Shown here piece after piece: positions 39,517-52,799 of a stretch of 64,000 bases of DNA. A program made the translations under genes and the position numbers. Position 1 is the stretch's first letter. Every line of letters begins with the position of its first letter. The stretch covers positions 186,001 to 250,000 of the forward strand of contig JBDOQK010000049.1 of NCBI GenBank assembly GCA_040437565.1, in the 5' to 3' direction. The notes under the pieces were generated by a model that was given only the letters and a program-made list of their open reading frames with translations, did not search any database and had not been told where the DNA came from. The stretch is from Albugo candida (Eukaryota).

Positions 39517-42049
39517 GTTCAAGTTCACTAGATCATTATTTCACAACCATGTGCTAATCTAATCCTGATGACTCTTTTACTAGATTTCTGGATTACGTCA
39601 TCGCTTGCGTAAACATGTATCGTCTTTCGCATGCCGTCGTTCGCTATATCCAAACTCGATATGACTTCTAAAAGCGCTGTATCTTGCATGGCCAGCTAAT
39701 CGACATATCATTAAGGGAGTGCTAGACCTAATATGTTTTCTCCAGTTTCATTATTCGCATACGAACGCCTTGTAAGTGATTTATTGGTACATTGTGGGTT
39801 CATTCGCACTCTGAGCCCAGCTACAAAATATTTCAGCGGGTTCATGAGCACGTCTTCACGTTTTACACACTGCGTAACTTATGCATGAAAGGGTGCATCG
39901 CACAAATCATAAAAGATTACCATCCAAGGACTGACATCTATGTATATTGGATCTCTTAAATGTACTCAACTCCAACTGCGTTGAAGTTGGTGTCACAAAA
40001 CGCTAAATCTTGACCGATTTCCGTAAGAAAAGATTGCACTCTATCTCAGTTCATTCTCTTTGTTGGTTTGAATACGAGGAGCAATGCTTATCCAGGGAAT
40101 ACCATTTTACTCGCTGTAGTGAACTCGTATGCCCAAAGCCTTACTGACGGATCCGAAATCATTGATTGCATATATTTGAAGGCTTTCAGATGTCGACAGT
40201 TTTCCTGAAGACTACGTCTTTCAGCTTTCAAGAACGAGTTCACTCCATGATCTATCTCATTGCATAAACCCGTATAGGCTCTTATGTAGGCAAGTGGAGA
40301 CACAGATTCAGGCTGTTTCCTCCTGGTGTGTTCTCGTACAAGTAAAGAACGCCACCATGCATTCCTGGCATGCCCCGTATTTGTGCTAAATCCATCCTGA
40401 GCTTCTCTCTCCTAAATTTATTGACTGCTGCAAATATCATGTCATATCTTATTTCGAATACTAGTTCGTTCCCGCAGGCAACCATTCTGCATTGAGCCGT
40501 TCTGCATTTACCTCTGCGTCCGATTTTTGCTTGTATAACCAGCTGGCATGCAAGTCTTTGGTTTCATTCAGTCTCAAAATGGCTCATGTTTGACTTTCCT
40601 TTACTGAGGCTAACTTCTCGTCCACACCTTTTTCCATCTGAATGCCATTCTGACTTCATTGGTTGACTGTACGCCTTCGGGTCCGACGCAAGCATTATTG
40701 ATACTACTTCTCGATCTCTGATTCACTTCCCTTGATATCTGATAACCATTCTTCTCCCGGTATCACCTTAATGAGAGATTTGCCCTTTCATGTCGCTCAC
40801 TTGGTTCTTTCCAACGTTCGTATCCATAAAAGGTTCCAATTATGCCTATATCAAATACTTTTGACGGACCTTGATAGGATCATTTGCATCATGCGACATT
40901 GACTACACAATTTTTTTTATGTGCCAAGTAGCAATCAAAGCACTTGATATCGTAGATACCCTTCCTATTCCTTGGTTTCGTTTCATCCCTTTTTCTGACA
41001 CGCCCATGCTTCGTTTTGCGAGGCATTTTTTCCACTCTAGTTTGAAATAAACAAGGCAATCTTCTCCCATGATAAACTCTGTCTGGTCTCCGGTTTCGAA
41101 TATAATTGGCATATTTTAGAAGCACCAGCTCTAACATATGACGACAAAGTAGTTCCAATATCACACATCGTACCAGGTTATAACTGCCCGACGCATTCGT
41201 TCAACTAGCTCATTAAAGGATTGATATTGGGCCTCCCTGATCAGTTGCTCTTTCTCCGTATTCTCATCTCATTACCAAATCGTAGACATGCTTGTACTCT
41301 CCGCCGCAGTTAGTTGTGACTTTCGAAACACGTGCTTTGTAGAAATAGATACATACGGTTCACGACACTTATAACCATCAATAGGTGATGGGGTGGCCAA
41401 ATTTTGAAAAACATTTAAATATAGGATCCCCAGTGCCTGTGTGAACCTGACCCATACTAAACAAGGCTTTGCCACCGCATCCGAGCTTGTGTTACTCCCT
41501 ACATATAATTCACAATGCCGCGTCCTACTGAACTCGGTCAAAAAATAAAGGCTGTGTCCAAACTGGCTGTGGAAACTTAGCGTAGTGAATCCAGTTCCCA
41601 GTCAAAAGATGAAGGAACGTGCTTTTGCCGTGTCTGGTAGCTCTGATGACGCCAGTTGTAGCTTGTGGGACGAATACGTGGGTATGAGTGATGATTTCAA
41701 CGCTGAAGAACAAGAAGCTGAAGGCGTTGCAGAAACATACAAAGAACATTTCTGGTGGCATTTAATGCCGCTCATCCAGACGCGTCGTCGAAACTTCGCC
41801 CTATTTTGGTATCTCGGCACGCAACCCTAGGCGAAATACCGCCACAAGTAGACGCGCTGCCGCTGGGGTGGTTGCTGGCCTCTGACTAACTATTGGGCAC
41901 CTGGTGAAGTGAAAACAAACTAGGCCGATGAAGCGCAACCAATTAAGAAATCAACTGTTTAGGATCTTCCATCAAACAGTGACGAGGAAGAGGGGTCTAT
42001 CTGGTAAGAGAGAGTAGTGGGCACTGCCACCAGCTTCTCAATGGAAGTG

Positions 42050-43536
42050 AGAAACCAGAATCTCCAGCAAATGCAGGCAGCAGTAAACCGTCAAGTTGCT
42101 GTTGTGCATTACTTTCGTCTGCGTAAGGCGGGTAAAGGACGCCTCGAAGCAAGTAAGCTGATCATTGAGGGTGCCGGCTAAGCAATTTGGAGCACAAGTT
42201 GTGTCTGCGCTTGGGCGCGAATGTTCCTAAAAGATGGCAAACTGCCTTTTTCTTGCCAAGGCAAGCATGCAAAGCGCTGGAGCCTTTTACAAGACGAAGA
42301 CTGTATATTGCCTTTGCAGCAATATTCTCGGGACAAAAGATTCCAAACTGAAATTAATACATTGCAGCCCGCATAAATGAATAAATTCTCTCCGGCCTTG
42401 GGTATGCAGCATCACCCACAATTTCAGAACGGATCACGATTCTCTAGCTGCATTCCCTGGATATCTCGTTCCGTGAAGTTCAAAAACACATCTATATCGA
42501 TGGGCATGAGCGAGCAGATGTGTCTGCTTATCTTCAAATGTACTTGGAAGAAATGCGTAAGTATGAAGAACGTTTACCCGTATTGGAGGTCTTGGATGTA
42601 AATGATAGGAATGTTCGTCTTTCGTGAACGGTGGAAGGGCTGCGCCCTTTCATTTTAGTTATACATGACGAGATTTCCTTTCCCTCCCATGATGGCTTGA
42701 AACCCTTTTGGTTGCCCACTGGTGAGCAGTCATTGCGCAAGAAAATACATGACACTAAATTTATGTCAGCGTCTTCCTTAGCGATGTGAGAGGTCGCTTA
42801 GCACTGGACAATCAAAAAAAGCTGCAGCACCCCATCCTTCTTGCTGAAGGTTATGTGATTATGCATACAACGCGATGATTGCTCGGAATCTAAATGCTTA
42901 CTGAAGCAGGTGAAGGAGAGAGCCGAGAGTGATCCCCTTTTTTGACGCTCAATTTCCCGAAAAACAAGTATTGTTTGCGTTTGACAATGCAACTGGGCGC
43001 TGTGCCTTTGTGTCTGACGCCCTTCGCGCATAACGGATAAATTTGGGCCCTAGTGGTAAATTTCCTCTTATGCAATGCACCACCTGGGGTGAGCGAAATT
43101 TTTAGTGCAAAAGTTTTCCAAAAAGTCACCCAATTTTGCTTGTCGCGGACAACCGAAGGGCATCAAAATGCTTGTGCAAGAACGAGGCCTGTGGTGGAAA
43201 GGTGTCAGGTTGAGCTGCCGGAACAAATGCGAGGTTGGAAACTACTTCGCTGTGCAAGGAAGGTCATGGCAAGACAAATGGACTTTTTTCGCAGCGAGGC
43301 ATGCTGGAGGAGGTGGTCCTTGCGTCTGGACACTTGGTGATCTTCCACGCAAAATTTCACTGCGAGCTACATTATTACAGTCCCAAAAGCACTTGCCTCC
43401 GTCGCATTGAACCAAATCCGGCGATATGCAAGAAAAGTCCGAAGATATGTGGATGTGTATCGGAAGGGCTTGAGTGGACGGCAGGCAGATTACGCTGTTC
43501 GCAAACATCGGTCTCATCGGCGCGTTCCAAATTGAC
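42050..43536 (+). mobile_element. Degenerate IS630/Tc1/mariner-like DDE transposase (HDE...PKG..ERG...KFHCEL type)
   Basis: GKLPFSCQGKHAKRWSLLQDED, IYIDGHERADV, FILVIHDEISF, FDNA, GQPKGIKMLVQERGLW, SQRGMLEEVVLASGHLVIFHAKFHCEL and C-terminal YRKGLSGRQADYAVRKHRSHRRVPN*; multiple frameshifts. Confidence 0.85.
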
Positions 43537-46394
43537 TTAGAATTTTTGTCAAGTAAGCTGACGGCAACTGTCTTTTTTACGCCTCAATGGTCGTCAATCA
43601 TTGGCTAAAAAGGCAATTCTAATCTTGGATTAAAAGTTGCAAGTGGCCACGATTTTTTGCCGCATTTCAATCCGTAACTGCTCCATGGAAAATTGCCCTA
43701 GCCGAATTCCGAAACCACTGCAAGGTAGCCCAATCAATGAACTATTCTTAAGTGGTTGCATATATTGCGTTATGCGCATAGACGAGAAGCCTTAACGGAA
43801 CGGAAGAGGGGCGAATAGTTGCTGGTTATAAGTGTCGTACACTATAAGTCTTGCAACTTCATTGCTGCTACATTTTTGGTACTATACAGTCGATTAAATT
43901 GATCAAATAATATTAATCTCGTCGCTTTTGAGGGTTCAAACGCAATCTCTGAGTTCGGAACCCTTGCTATCCGCTGGATAGTATCGTAGTTGAGAGCACC
44001 AATTCTTGATGAACGTGTGAAGGATTTTTTATCTGATTGTTTGATTTGTCCACAGACCCAATAAAAACTACTATACACGCGCTCTCTACCTTCAGCCTCG
44101 TACCCGCGATTATCCTTGACCATATCTTCTTCGACACGATCGCATCATCAGAAGTACACTCGGTAAAGTTTCCTCTTGTTTCATGTCATTCAAGAAAACA
44201 TTCCTCGGCAAGCGTCGAATGTTACAATATTATTCGCTGATCCTATCATCCCAATTTTATTACTATCCGTTGAAAGTATGAAGAGTTCGTTGCACTCGTT
44301 GCGACCTTGTAAGAAGTGAAGTTCGTCGCGAGATGCCTTCTGGGTGGTCCGCTGTCGAAATTTCACGCCTCCTCCTTATATCCCCAGCCTGGTATTTTTT
44401 TTCATCCAATAGTTAAAATCATATCTTTATTGCTGAAGGAGATCGTATTCTAAAAGCCTCTTTTCACATGTCCTGTTTTGCGTAACTGTAGCAGTTCATT
44501 TACTCCATAAGGTAGACAAAGTGACATAACTCTTCCTCTTGCCTTTTTGTGTCTTCTCTCATTGTGTTAACATGGGCCATCATAACTTATTTAAAGTCGG
44601 CCTTTGCGTAATTGATGACGATTTTCATGTGCATATCGTGCCAATCGTCCACTCGTCCACTACACCTACGGATTTACCGAGTGCAGACAGGAATAAATGG
44701 TTCTCACTCCAAGAACGTCCAGTCGTTTTTTTGGGAGCTGATCAAGTGTTGCCTGCGTTCCAGCGATGCTGGGTCGAAATCTTCATTGATGCGTTTCATC
44801 CGTCTTCAAAGCTAGAGTATTTAAGTCATAAAACGGAGCAATTTGTTTATCGAATAATGTGAGCGCTTTCTCGTGAGATGTTGTCCTATATCACTCAAGC
44901 TTCACTTCCACATTCCGTATTCAATGAACTCTTATTGTGCATGCGATAGTTATCGCAAGAAACGATAAACGCATTTGGCAAACGGCGCTCCAAGTCCCGA
45001 GTATTTTTCTTCCAGGGACCGAGTTAGCTCAGAAAGTAGAGCAAGCGGATCCCGGGTATTTTCGTTGGCTCGAGTCGTGGTAACGTGGGAAATGGTTTGA
45101 GCCCACACACTCGAAGCTTGGAAATCATCGGCCTCCCAGACTTCAATTAAGGCCCAAATTACATCCACACGGTCAAGAGACAACGATGAAATAAGGCTGG
45201 TAGGTAAAGAACCCGATAATGATGCAATGAATTATCTGGACAAGTAAAATAGAGGGTGTGTGAAGCAAAACGTGATAGCTAAGCATGTATCAGAAAGCTC
45301 ATCCAGCGAATGGCAAATTTCCGTAATAATTTTGTGACACGGGATTCCATGGTGACGACATGCGCAATGAAGAATCTTTACCTCTCGATTAAGATAGGGC
45401 GTTGCCAACATAGCCGGGTGCAACATAGTTCACCAATGCGTAACCGAAGACAGCCTATGTAGATTTTTTTATCTAGCTTCTTGATGTCGAAATATTTCGT
45501 GCTGTAATGTAATCATTAAATATAGTATCAAGATGTATTCTTCCTCAATACTCAACACTCAATGCACGAAATGAACCACAGCAACGCGTGTGATTTATTC
45601 TTAGCTATGTAACGTGTGCGCAAATTTGTATGGAAGTTGCGCAGCATATTAATCATGATGCAGGTACCACGCAATCGGGAAAAGGTCATCCTATGTATGT
45701 TCACTTCTAATCCTGAAAAGATAGCAGCTATGTGGAGGCTAAATGCATAATCAAATTAGTGAGTTCAGTCTATGATTTGGTATTCGTAAATATGGAAAAA
45801 TAATTGGATTCGTGCACTTCGTTCTCCGAAATGGCTTACCTTGGGATGCTTGAGCATCTTATGCTATTACTACAGGAGTATCGATCAAATCTGCATGAAT
45901 CACCAAATCATTTTACGGTTTGCCAGACTGAATAGCCATTCGTGTTCTCCCACTCATCTTAATTTGTCTAAACTCCACAAGGGTTTTTCTTCTCCAGCTG
46001 AATTTACTATCGTCAAGTTTGCCTTAAAGCATATATACTAGATTGGTTTATTCACAAACGATACGTCTTTCAAGTGGCTCGCTTACTTGGTTTATAAAAA
46101 AGACCAAATTGAAGTTCTGGCATCTAAGGGCCTAATGGTTTGCGTTCCATTCACATAAAAAAAGGCTTAAGCAATGCTTCCCAGCGCACACAACAAGAAT
46201 CCAGGAGGGTGCTGCGCGCGACCAACGATATCCATCGCGTGCGAATTTGTTTCTGTAAAAGAAGAAAACCTCTGTATGCTCTGCCAATCATCTCTAACAA
46301 TCAAACAATATAGATTCCGCATATTTGAACTACCCAAGGCGATATAGCTTGAAGCTGGCCAATGTTGTGCGTCATTTGCTGAGCTTCTTGGTGG

Positions 46395-46886
46395 TCAGCA
46401 CTTTCGGTCATTTACACCACGTTTAGTGCGCACGTTCGGTACTTTCGAAGACAGTGTTACGACCAAGAGGAGCGCATTCGGCTTGCTAGAATTTTGGAAC
46501 AACTCTCATCATTTGGTGGATTTTTCAGAAGTCGAAGATCATTGCTACGGGTCCGGCACAGGCGAGTGGGAAGGCAAGTGCAACTCGGATCCTAGTCCTA
46601 GTTGGCTAGTTATGCTCACCGTAGTGTGGCGCACACCAATTTTCAAATCACGGAATTTTTGGACCATTTTTACAGCTTTACAACTCTACAGCATTTACAA
46701 GCTTGACACAGCCTCGTATTAAGGTGGCTGAGGCTACTACGATACGGAATCATCAACGAGAAGACATATTATCATCTCTCACAGGTATTTCACGAAACGT
46801 TTTTTTATATGTATATATGTTATTTAAGATAGCCTAGGCAACTAGAGAAGTCAGTGAGTCTAATTCTAGTAATATAGACACCTTCA
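46395..46886 (+). mobile_element. LINE ORF2 C-terminus plus 3' UTR
   Basis: ALSVIYTTFSAHVRYFRRQCYDQEERIRLARILEQL...* (stop ~46595), which I recall as an oomycete L1 ORF2-like tail, followed by the repeat shared with 33625-33863 and 47554-47650. Confidence 0.65.
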
Positions 46887-46986
46887 NNNNNNNNNNNNNN
46901 NNNNNNNNNNNNNNNNNNNNNNNNNNNNNNNNNNNNNNNNNNNNNNNNNNNNNNNNNNNNNNNNNNNNNNNNNNNNNNNNNNNNNN

Positions 46987-47650
46987 TTGTGCGCGGAAGG
47001 TCAATGCATCATCATATTCGACATCTAACCGACATCCATGACTTGGTGAATCTCCGTGGGGAAGAAGCGTATGCGACTTTTCTCGACTTTGAGACAGCTT
47101 ATGATCGAGTCAATTGGACGTACATGTTTCGCGTTTTGGAAAAAATGGGCGGTGGAAAAAGTTTCATCGACTGGGTTCGTTTCTTGTACAATAACACAAA
47201 GGCTCAGTTGATGATTAATGGAAATATCACACCGTCCATTACACCACAACGTGGAGTGAAAAAAGATGATCCTCTCTCAGCATTACTTTTTCTGATGACG
47301 ATCGAACCTTTGGGGAATTTACTTCGACAACATGAAAAATATGGAATTTGGATCAATAGCACGACTGTCGCAACTGAATTATTTTTTGCGGACGATTTGA
47401 CATTGCTTTCAGAGACACCAAATGGTGCTTTGACGCAAGTCGAACTCGTTCAAGTCTATTGCGATGGATCGGGTGCGAAACTCAACTTGAATAAATCATC
47501 TTTGCTCTCGTGAATCGGACCATGCTGTGGACGCTACCGCACTGCAGGACTAGCAACGAGGGACATATTAATATATATTATTGAAGATAGCCTAGGCAAC
47601 TAGAGAAGTCAGTTAGTCTAATTCTAGTAATATCGACACCTCCAACTAAG
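46987..47650 (+). mobile_element. L1/Tx1-like LINE reverse transcriptase fragment joined to the 3'-end repeat
   Basis: FLDFETAYDRVNW, RGVKKDDPLSALLF (degenerate QGDP), FFADD, SGAKLNLNKS; the 3'-end repeat follows at 47554-47650. Confidence 0.92.
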
Positions 47651-50551
47651 GTCCTTATTTGAAACAAACGGATGGAACGTTCAAATAATGACCACTTGAT
47701 GTAACAACGTAGTGTACTAAATGAAAACGCAATTGATTATTATCGTATATTCAATTATAATTCCGGGCGATCGTGTATATAAATAGGCACGTAACTCATT
47801 TTCGATCAGCCTAGACTGCACTAACGCTCAAATCATCCACATTACAAAGAACTGCTGTAATCAATCCTCATATGTCGCTGTTGACGTAATGATGGGCTTT
47901 TAAAGTTACCAAGAACCCATTGTTGCCTCCTAGCTACACCGTTCTTGTTTTTTAGCACATAAAAGGTACCTAATCCGGTGTACACCTGAGCGCTACTTCC
48001 AAGTTCTTGCTATAGATTTACCAAATACACCGCGCCTCCACCATCTCTATGTAGCTTTGGACTAGCAAAATCTGCTGGAGTATCATCGACCTCGTGACAC
48101 TCGAAGTATGACTATAGCAGATTATTGACAAACCGGAATAGATAAACCTGAGAGTGTGCACATTGTATTAGGACGCTGATAGCATCAAAATTTTGTAGAA
48201 GCGAGAGCTTAGATAAAGAATTTGCTCATTGGTGTCTCTCGTAGTAAGATACCAAATTTGTTCTGCTTTTAATTTCTCTTTATCCCACTTTTGCTTCCAA
48301 GTTTATCCAAATGGCTACTGCACTTCTCTTGGACCATTCGAAAACTCATTTCGTAGGTTGATCTGTACGGAAAATCGAAAAAGGATATATTTTTCACGGA
48401 TAATCTTTGTATCAGTTAATGATTGATTCTGACATGATCGAAGGCGCTTGGCAGGAAATGCCAAGAACAACTTCATTCGTCGTGCACATTTACCCAGAAT
48501 AAATGTCAATGGGATCAGCTAGCTTTGCACAATTCACACAGCATATCATCAACGAGCGAGGTGCATGAGCTCGTCTTTTATTATATTTCAATAGTGACAC
48601 ACACGCAAACGATCGTTGAGATTCATACCCTGAGTTCAATGCCTTTTCTATATAAAATCACTCATCATGTAGGCGTGAAACAGATTTAAACGGTGCAAAC
48701 TCAAAATGAGAAGGTGCGCTCTACTTGAGATTTGTTGGCTGGATTGCCCAGTTTGAAGGTTATAAAGGTGAGGAACCTGAAAAATGCGGAGTGTCCTCCC
48801 AGTCAAGTAAGATAAGAGATAGTGCCTGCTTATCCGTTGTATTACATTTTCGTCGCTTCAAGAATGATTCCCACAGCATCGGTTAGCTCTTCCTGTCTGC
48901 CAGAAATTTCCGAAACTTGCGAAGTAGAAATCATTATCTTTCAATTTGATCAATTGAACCAGGGTGGATTCTACTATAATTTGTTTTGGAATTGACTCAG
49001 AATGTTCTATCTGATCTTTGAATCGTTGTATCACTCGTATCGATGGGCGTGGCATTATTTTTAGCATCGATAAAAGTAATAAAAAGATGTTCAATCACCA
49101 TACCCATTACATTGGACACTGTGCCTCAGAAAAGGAAAAACTGACGTCATATTCAACTAATGTCTGCCGAAGCGTGAATTTGACGGGATGTTCTCATCAG
49201 ACTAGTAGCTGTACATATAGTACACAATACTCTTTTCTGTACATGCCTTTTCTTCTCTATCGCCACGCGACAATGTGAAAATGTTCACNNNNNNNNNNNN
49301 NNNNNNNNNNNNNNNNNNNNNNNNNNNNNNNNNNNNNNNNNNNNNNNNNNNNNNNNNNNNNNNNNNNNNNNNNNNNNNNNNNNNNNNNCCTTGATTTTTG
49401 TGTTTCATGCCTATTACTTCATCAATTAGCATTGTAAATACTTTCGGGTTATCGCATCAGTTAAAGACAAAGGTTTCTTTGCAATGTGCCAAGCTTCTCG
49501 TATCTGGCCTTGTACGGCACTTGCAGTTCGTCCGCGCGTTCAACATAGCATGTATAAAAACCAGTCACTTTCTGATATATGACGAATCATGTATTATATG
49601 TTGAATTAATTTTGATTGCAAGACTCATTACAGGTAAAGTGCGACTTCACCTGAACAGCTGTCTGGTGACAACATGACAGATAGGACGAGTAGAGAAGGT
49701 CACCACGTGGGACCAGACGGACGTCATGTAAAACGTGACATAGTGCCGTTACACATGCATATGATTGTGCTGACAAATAAAGTAAATGCTGAAAATATTA
49801 TACTTTCACTTATGTTTTAGCTCGTTGCAGGTACCTGGCGGAATCTTGAATACTCTATTTCTTCATATATAATTTTTTAGCTCAGATAGTTGAGCTTGAA
49901 CAAGCCAACCAGGAAGAGAAAAGCTACACGCAGGAGACTCACCAATTCGTGTAGATGGCGAAAACTTTCGTACTATAGCTTGGCGATAATCACTTTTCTG
50001 TCACACAAATTTTGAGCGCGTTTATGACACAAAGAAGTCTCGTAGAAAGAGCAAATTAAAATTGGAGAATCAAATTATTGTCGTTATTGGAAAGGAACAA
50101 AGAATTTAGGCTGAGAAAAGAGTTCATGTCACTTCTTTAGCAATTGATTCATCGGTGATCATATCACAATCATCGACAGGAGCATATCTTGAACCCAAGT
50201 AGATAACTTTCTGTGAGGCTGACGGTTCTTAGAGTGACATATTGCTTATGTATAGTCTTCTCCATGTAGTTTCAAAAAACATAGTTTGGGATTCATGTTG
50301 TTAGCAAGAACTCATGCAAATGCTCTCGATGAGACATTCAACGTACCTACTGACTCAAGTTTTCTGCATTCCGACTTGTTCGATGCATTCGCTCCCAATA
50401 AATTAGCGAAAACAATCGATATATTTCCACAAGGCGGAGTGACTTTGTAACAGGTCAGTCTTTACATAATACCTACTTGGCTATTTGACTGAACAATTAT
50501 GGTTTCAATGTGTATAAGGGCATTCCTGACATTAGTTTAGTGAACTTAGCA

Positions 50552-52485
50552 TGTAATGGCTAGCATAAGGGTGTTAAATATTATCGTGGCGTACTATACT
50601 GCTGTGATTCAGAAGGACTCACATTCCTGAAACCCCTGCTCCTGTAGTTACGAAACACCTACCGTTCAAACGCCGATAGTTAAGAAAAAGCTAAGGCTAG
50701 GGGGCACACAGGGGCGCCGAAGATCATAGAATGCATTTTATCTTCTTTAATACAGTTCTCACCTTGCCTCCAAGCGCACGGATTCACCATAAAGTATACT
50801 TTTGGTATAGCAAGCTCAAAGTCAAGCACATTCGGCATCTCAGTGCAACAAGATGTCGACCTTCGGGATGGTTGATGAAGACGTAGAGATGAAGCACGCG
50901 TACATCACCGCACCGGAGCATACCACGGTGTCAAGACTAATTGAATGGGACCAGGATTCGCTAATCCGCTAGCTTCGCCAGCGGGAGAAGCATGAGTGGC
51001 GTCTTCGCGAGCGCTGCTCTGCAACAGGTGAGAAGTATGACACCATCGCAGTGAGTATCAAGGGCTCCATCGATACGGTAACGCACAACAGCATGGCGTT
51101 CTATGTTGTAGGCGGGGATGTGGAGACGCTTACCGACTCCGACATTATGCAAAAGATCATTTGGAGCTGCAGCACGGTGAAGAATAATCATCTCCAGGAC
51201 GTTGAGGCTTTTTTCGCCGAGAAGCTGGGAATGGAACTTAGTAAGACGACATTGAAGACCGGATCTTGAACTATTTCGCTTATTTTAACGAGAACTTGGG
51301 CAATTATGGGCTCCAACATGTGATGGGACAAACCAAGGTCAAAGGTCACGATGCAACAGTGCACACAAAGAACAGGACCAAGATCCATATTGATAACCTC
51401 GTGCCCACTATGCTAAAGCGTGGGATCATTCGCCTGGTTGCCCTCGCAAGGCCAAAGCGGATGAAAAAGCTTCATATAATCGGATCCTGGAACGTGCTCA
51501 TGAGCAACAGTATTACTTCTTGATGACAATAGAGGATAGAGCAAAGCAGACTACACAAAGCAATCCACCTATCACTCGCAAGTCTCATACCCAGTATGTT
51601 AAGGGTTCCATTAACGGTGATGACACGTCTCGACCGTCAAGGCAGCTCCCACCGGAACCACCAACTTCCACACCAAGCCGCGATGGCTGTCTGGTGTGTA
51701 AAGGTTTTCACTGGGTGTCTAAGTTTCCAACATCATCCAACGCACACAAGGATGAAGAGCAAACGAGCCATGCGAGAGCGCATGGCATCACGTCTCTCAG
51801 CAAAGCGCACCACACTCTCTACAAACCAATCCTAGCAGCTATCAGAGGTCCTCGCGGGTGATTTGGAGGTCCCGCTGAGCGCTGACTCGGGTTCAGATGT
51901 ATCCATCGTTCCCCGTAGTCTTTTTCTTGGCCTCACGCACGTGAGCACCGCCCTCCGTCACCCTCTTAGTGTAGAGGTGGTTGGTGGTGCTACGTTGGTC
52001 TACCGCGAGCGAGCGATATTGGACGTCCAAGAACATACTGCTGCAGGACCGGTCAGCATCAAGGATATTGACTGTCTCGTCCCGGACGAAGAAGACCAAT
52101 TCATTCTTGGCAAAGATGTTCTCAGCAGTCTTGGTATCATGTTGGAGCCATGATCGCTAATCTAGCAGAGGGACCAGCCACCGATCCAATTGGTGATGAT
52201 CTTACCACCAATCTTGCTTCTGAAGTTGGTGTCGATGTTGATTCGGACATCCTAAATCTTCTATCTTCATTGGAGCACGCACCACTGTTGGAAGAGGGTG
52301 AGGATAGGGCCTCGCGCATGAACTATATGAACTCGCCGTCCAACACAGAGATATTTGGTGGAGCCAGCAAGCGCCGGTATTTACGAAACAGCTAAGGCTA
52401 GGAGGCACACATCATAGCATGCATATGAACTTCCATAATACACTTCTCAATTTGCCTTCAAGCGCACGGATCCACCATATATACA
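50552..52485 (+). mobile_element. Internally deleted Ty3/Gypsy LTR retrotransposon (LTR-gag-protease-LTR remnant)
   Basis: 5' LTR starts TGTAATGG at 50552; PBS-like TGGTAT at 50803; degenerate gag from ATG 50853 with knuckle CLVCKGFHWVSKFP; protease ADSGSDVSIV near 51880; 52381-52480 matches 50648-50792 (GCTAAGGCTAGG...CAAGCGCACGGAT.CACCATA). No RT, RNase H or integrase seen. Confidence 0.88.
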
Positions 52486-52799
52486 TCCATGATTAACTTT
52501 GAGCGGACATAGGTTTTCGAGCCAAGTCTCCGACCAATATGAATTGAACAATGCTGTATGACTATACTGTGTAAATGACTTCAAATAATCATTAAGCTTT
52601 GCTCTTTAATTCTGTCCGTGCACTGAGGGGTATCTCAAAAAAAAAGTAGATTATGTTGATAGCTAGTTTATATACGAAGTATTCTAGTAGTCTGCCAGTG
52701 TACACAGTCTTTCCGTTAAATTGCGACCAAATGAGAAAGAGCAAGTCGATATCCAGAGAATGCAAGCATACAATTGAACATTTTATCGCTATTTTCACA

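Noticed and set aside
46989..47513. Retron, group II intron or DGR reverse transcriptase
   Set aside because: The motifs and the linked KYLG and 3' UTR pieces fit a non-LTR retrotransposon.
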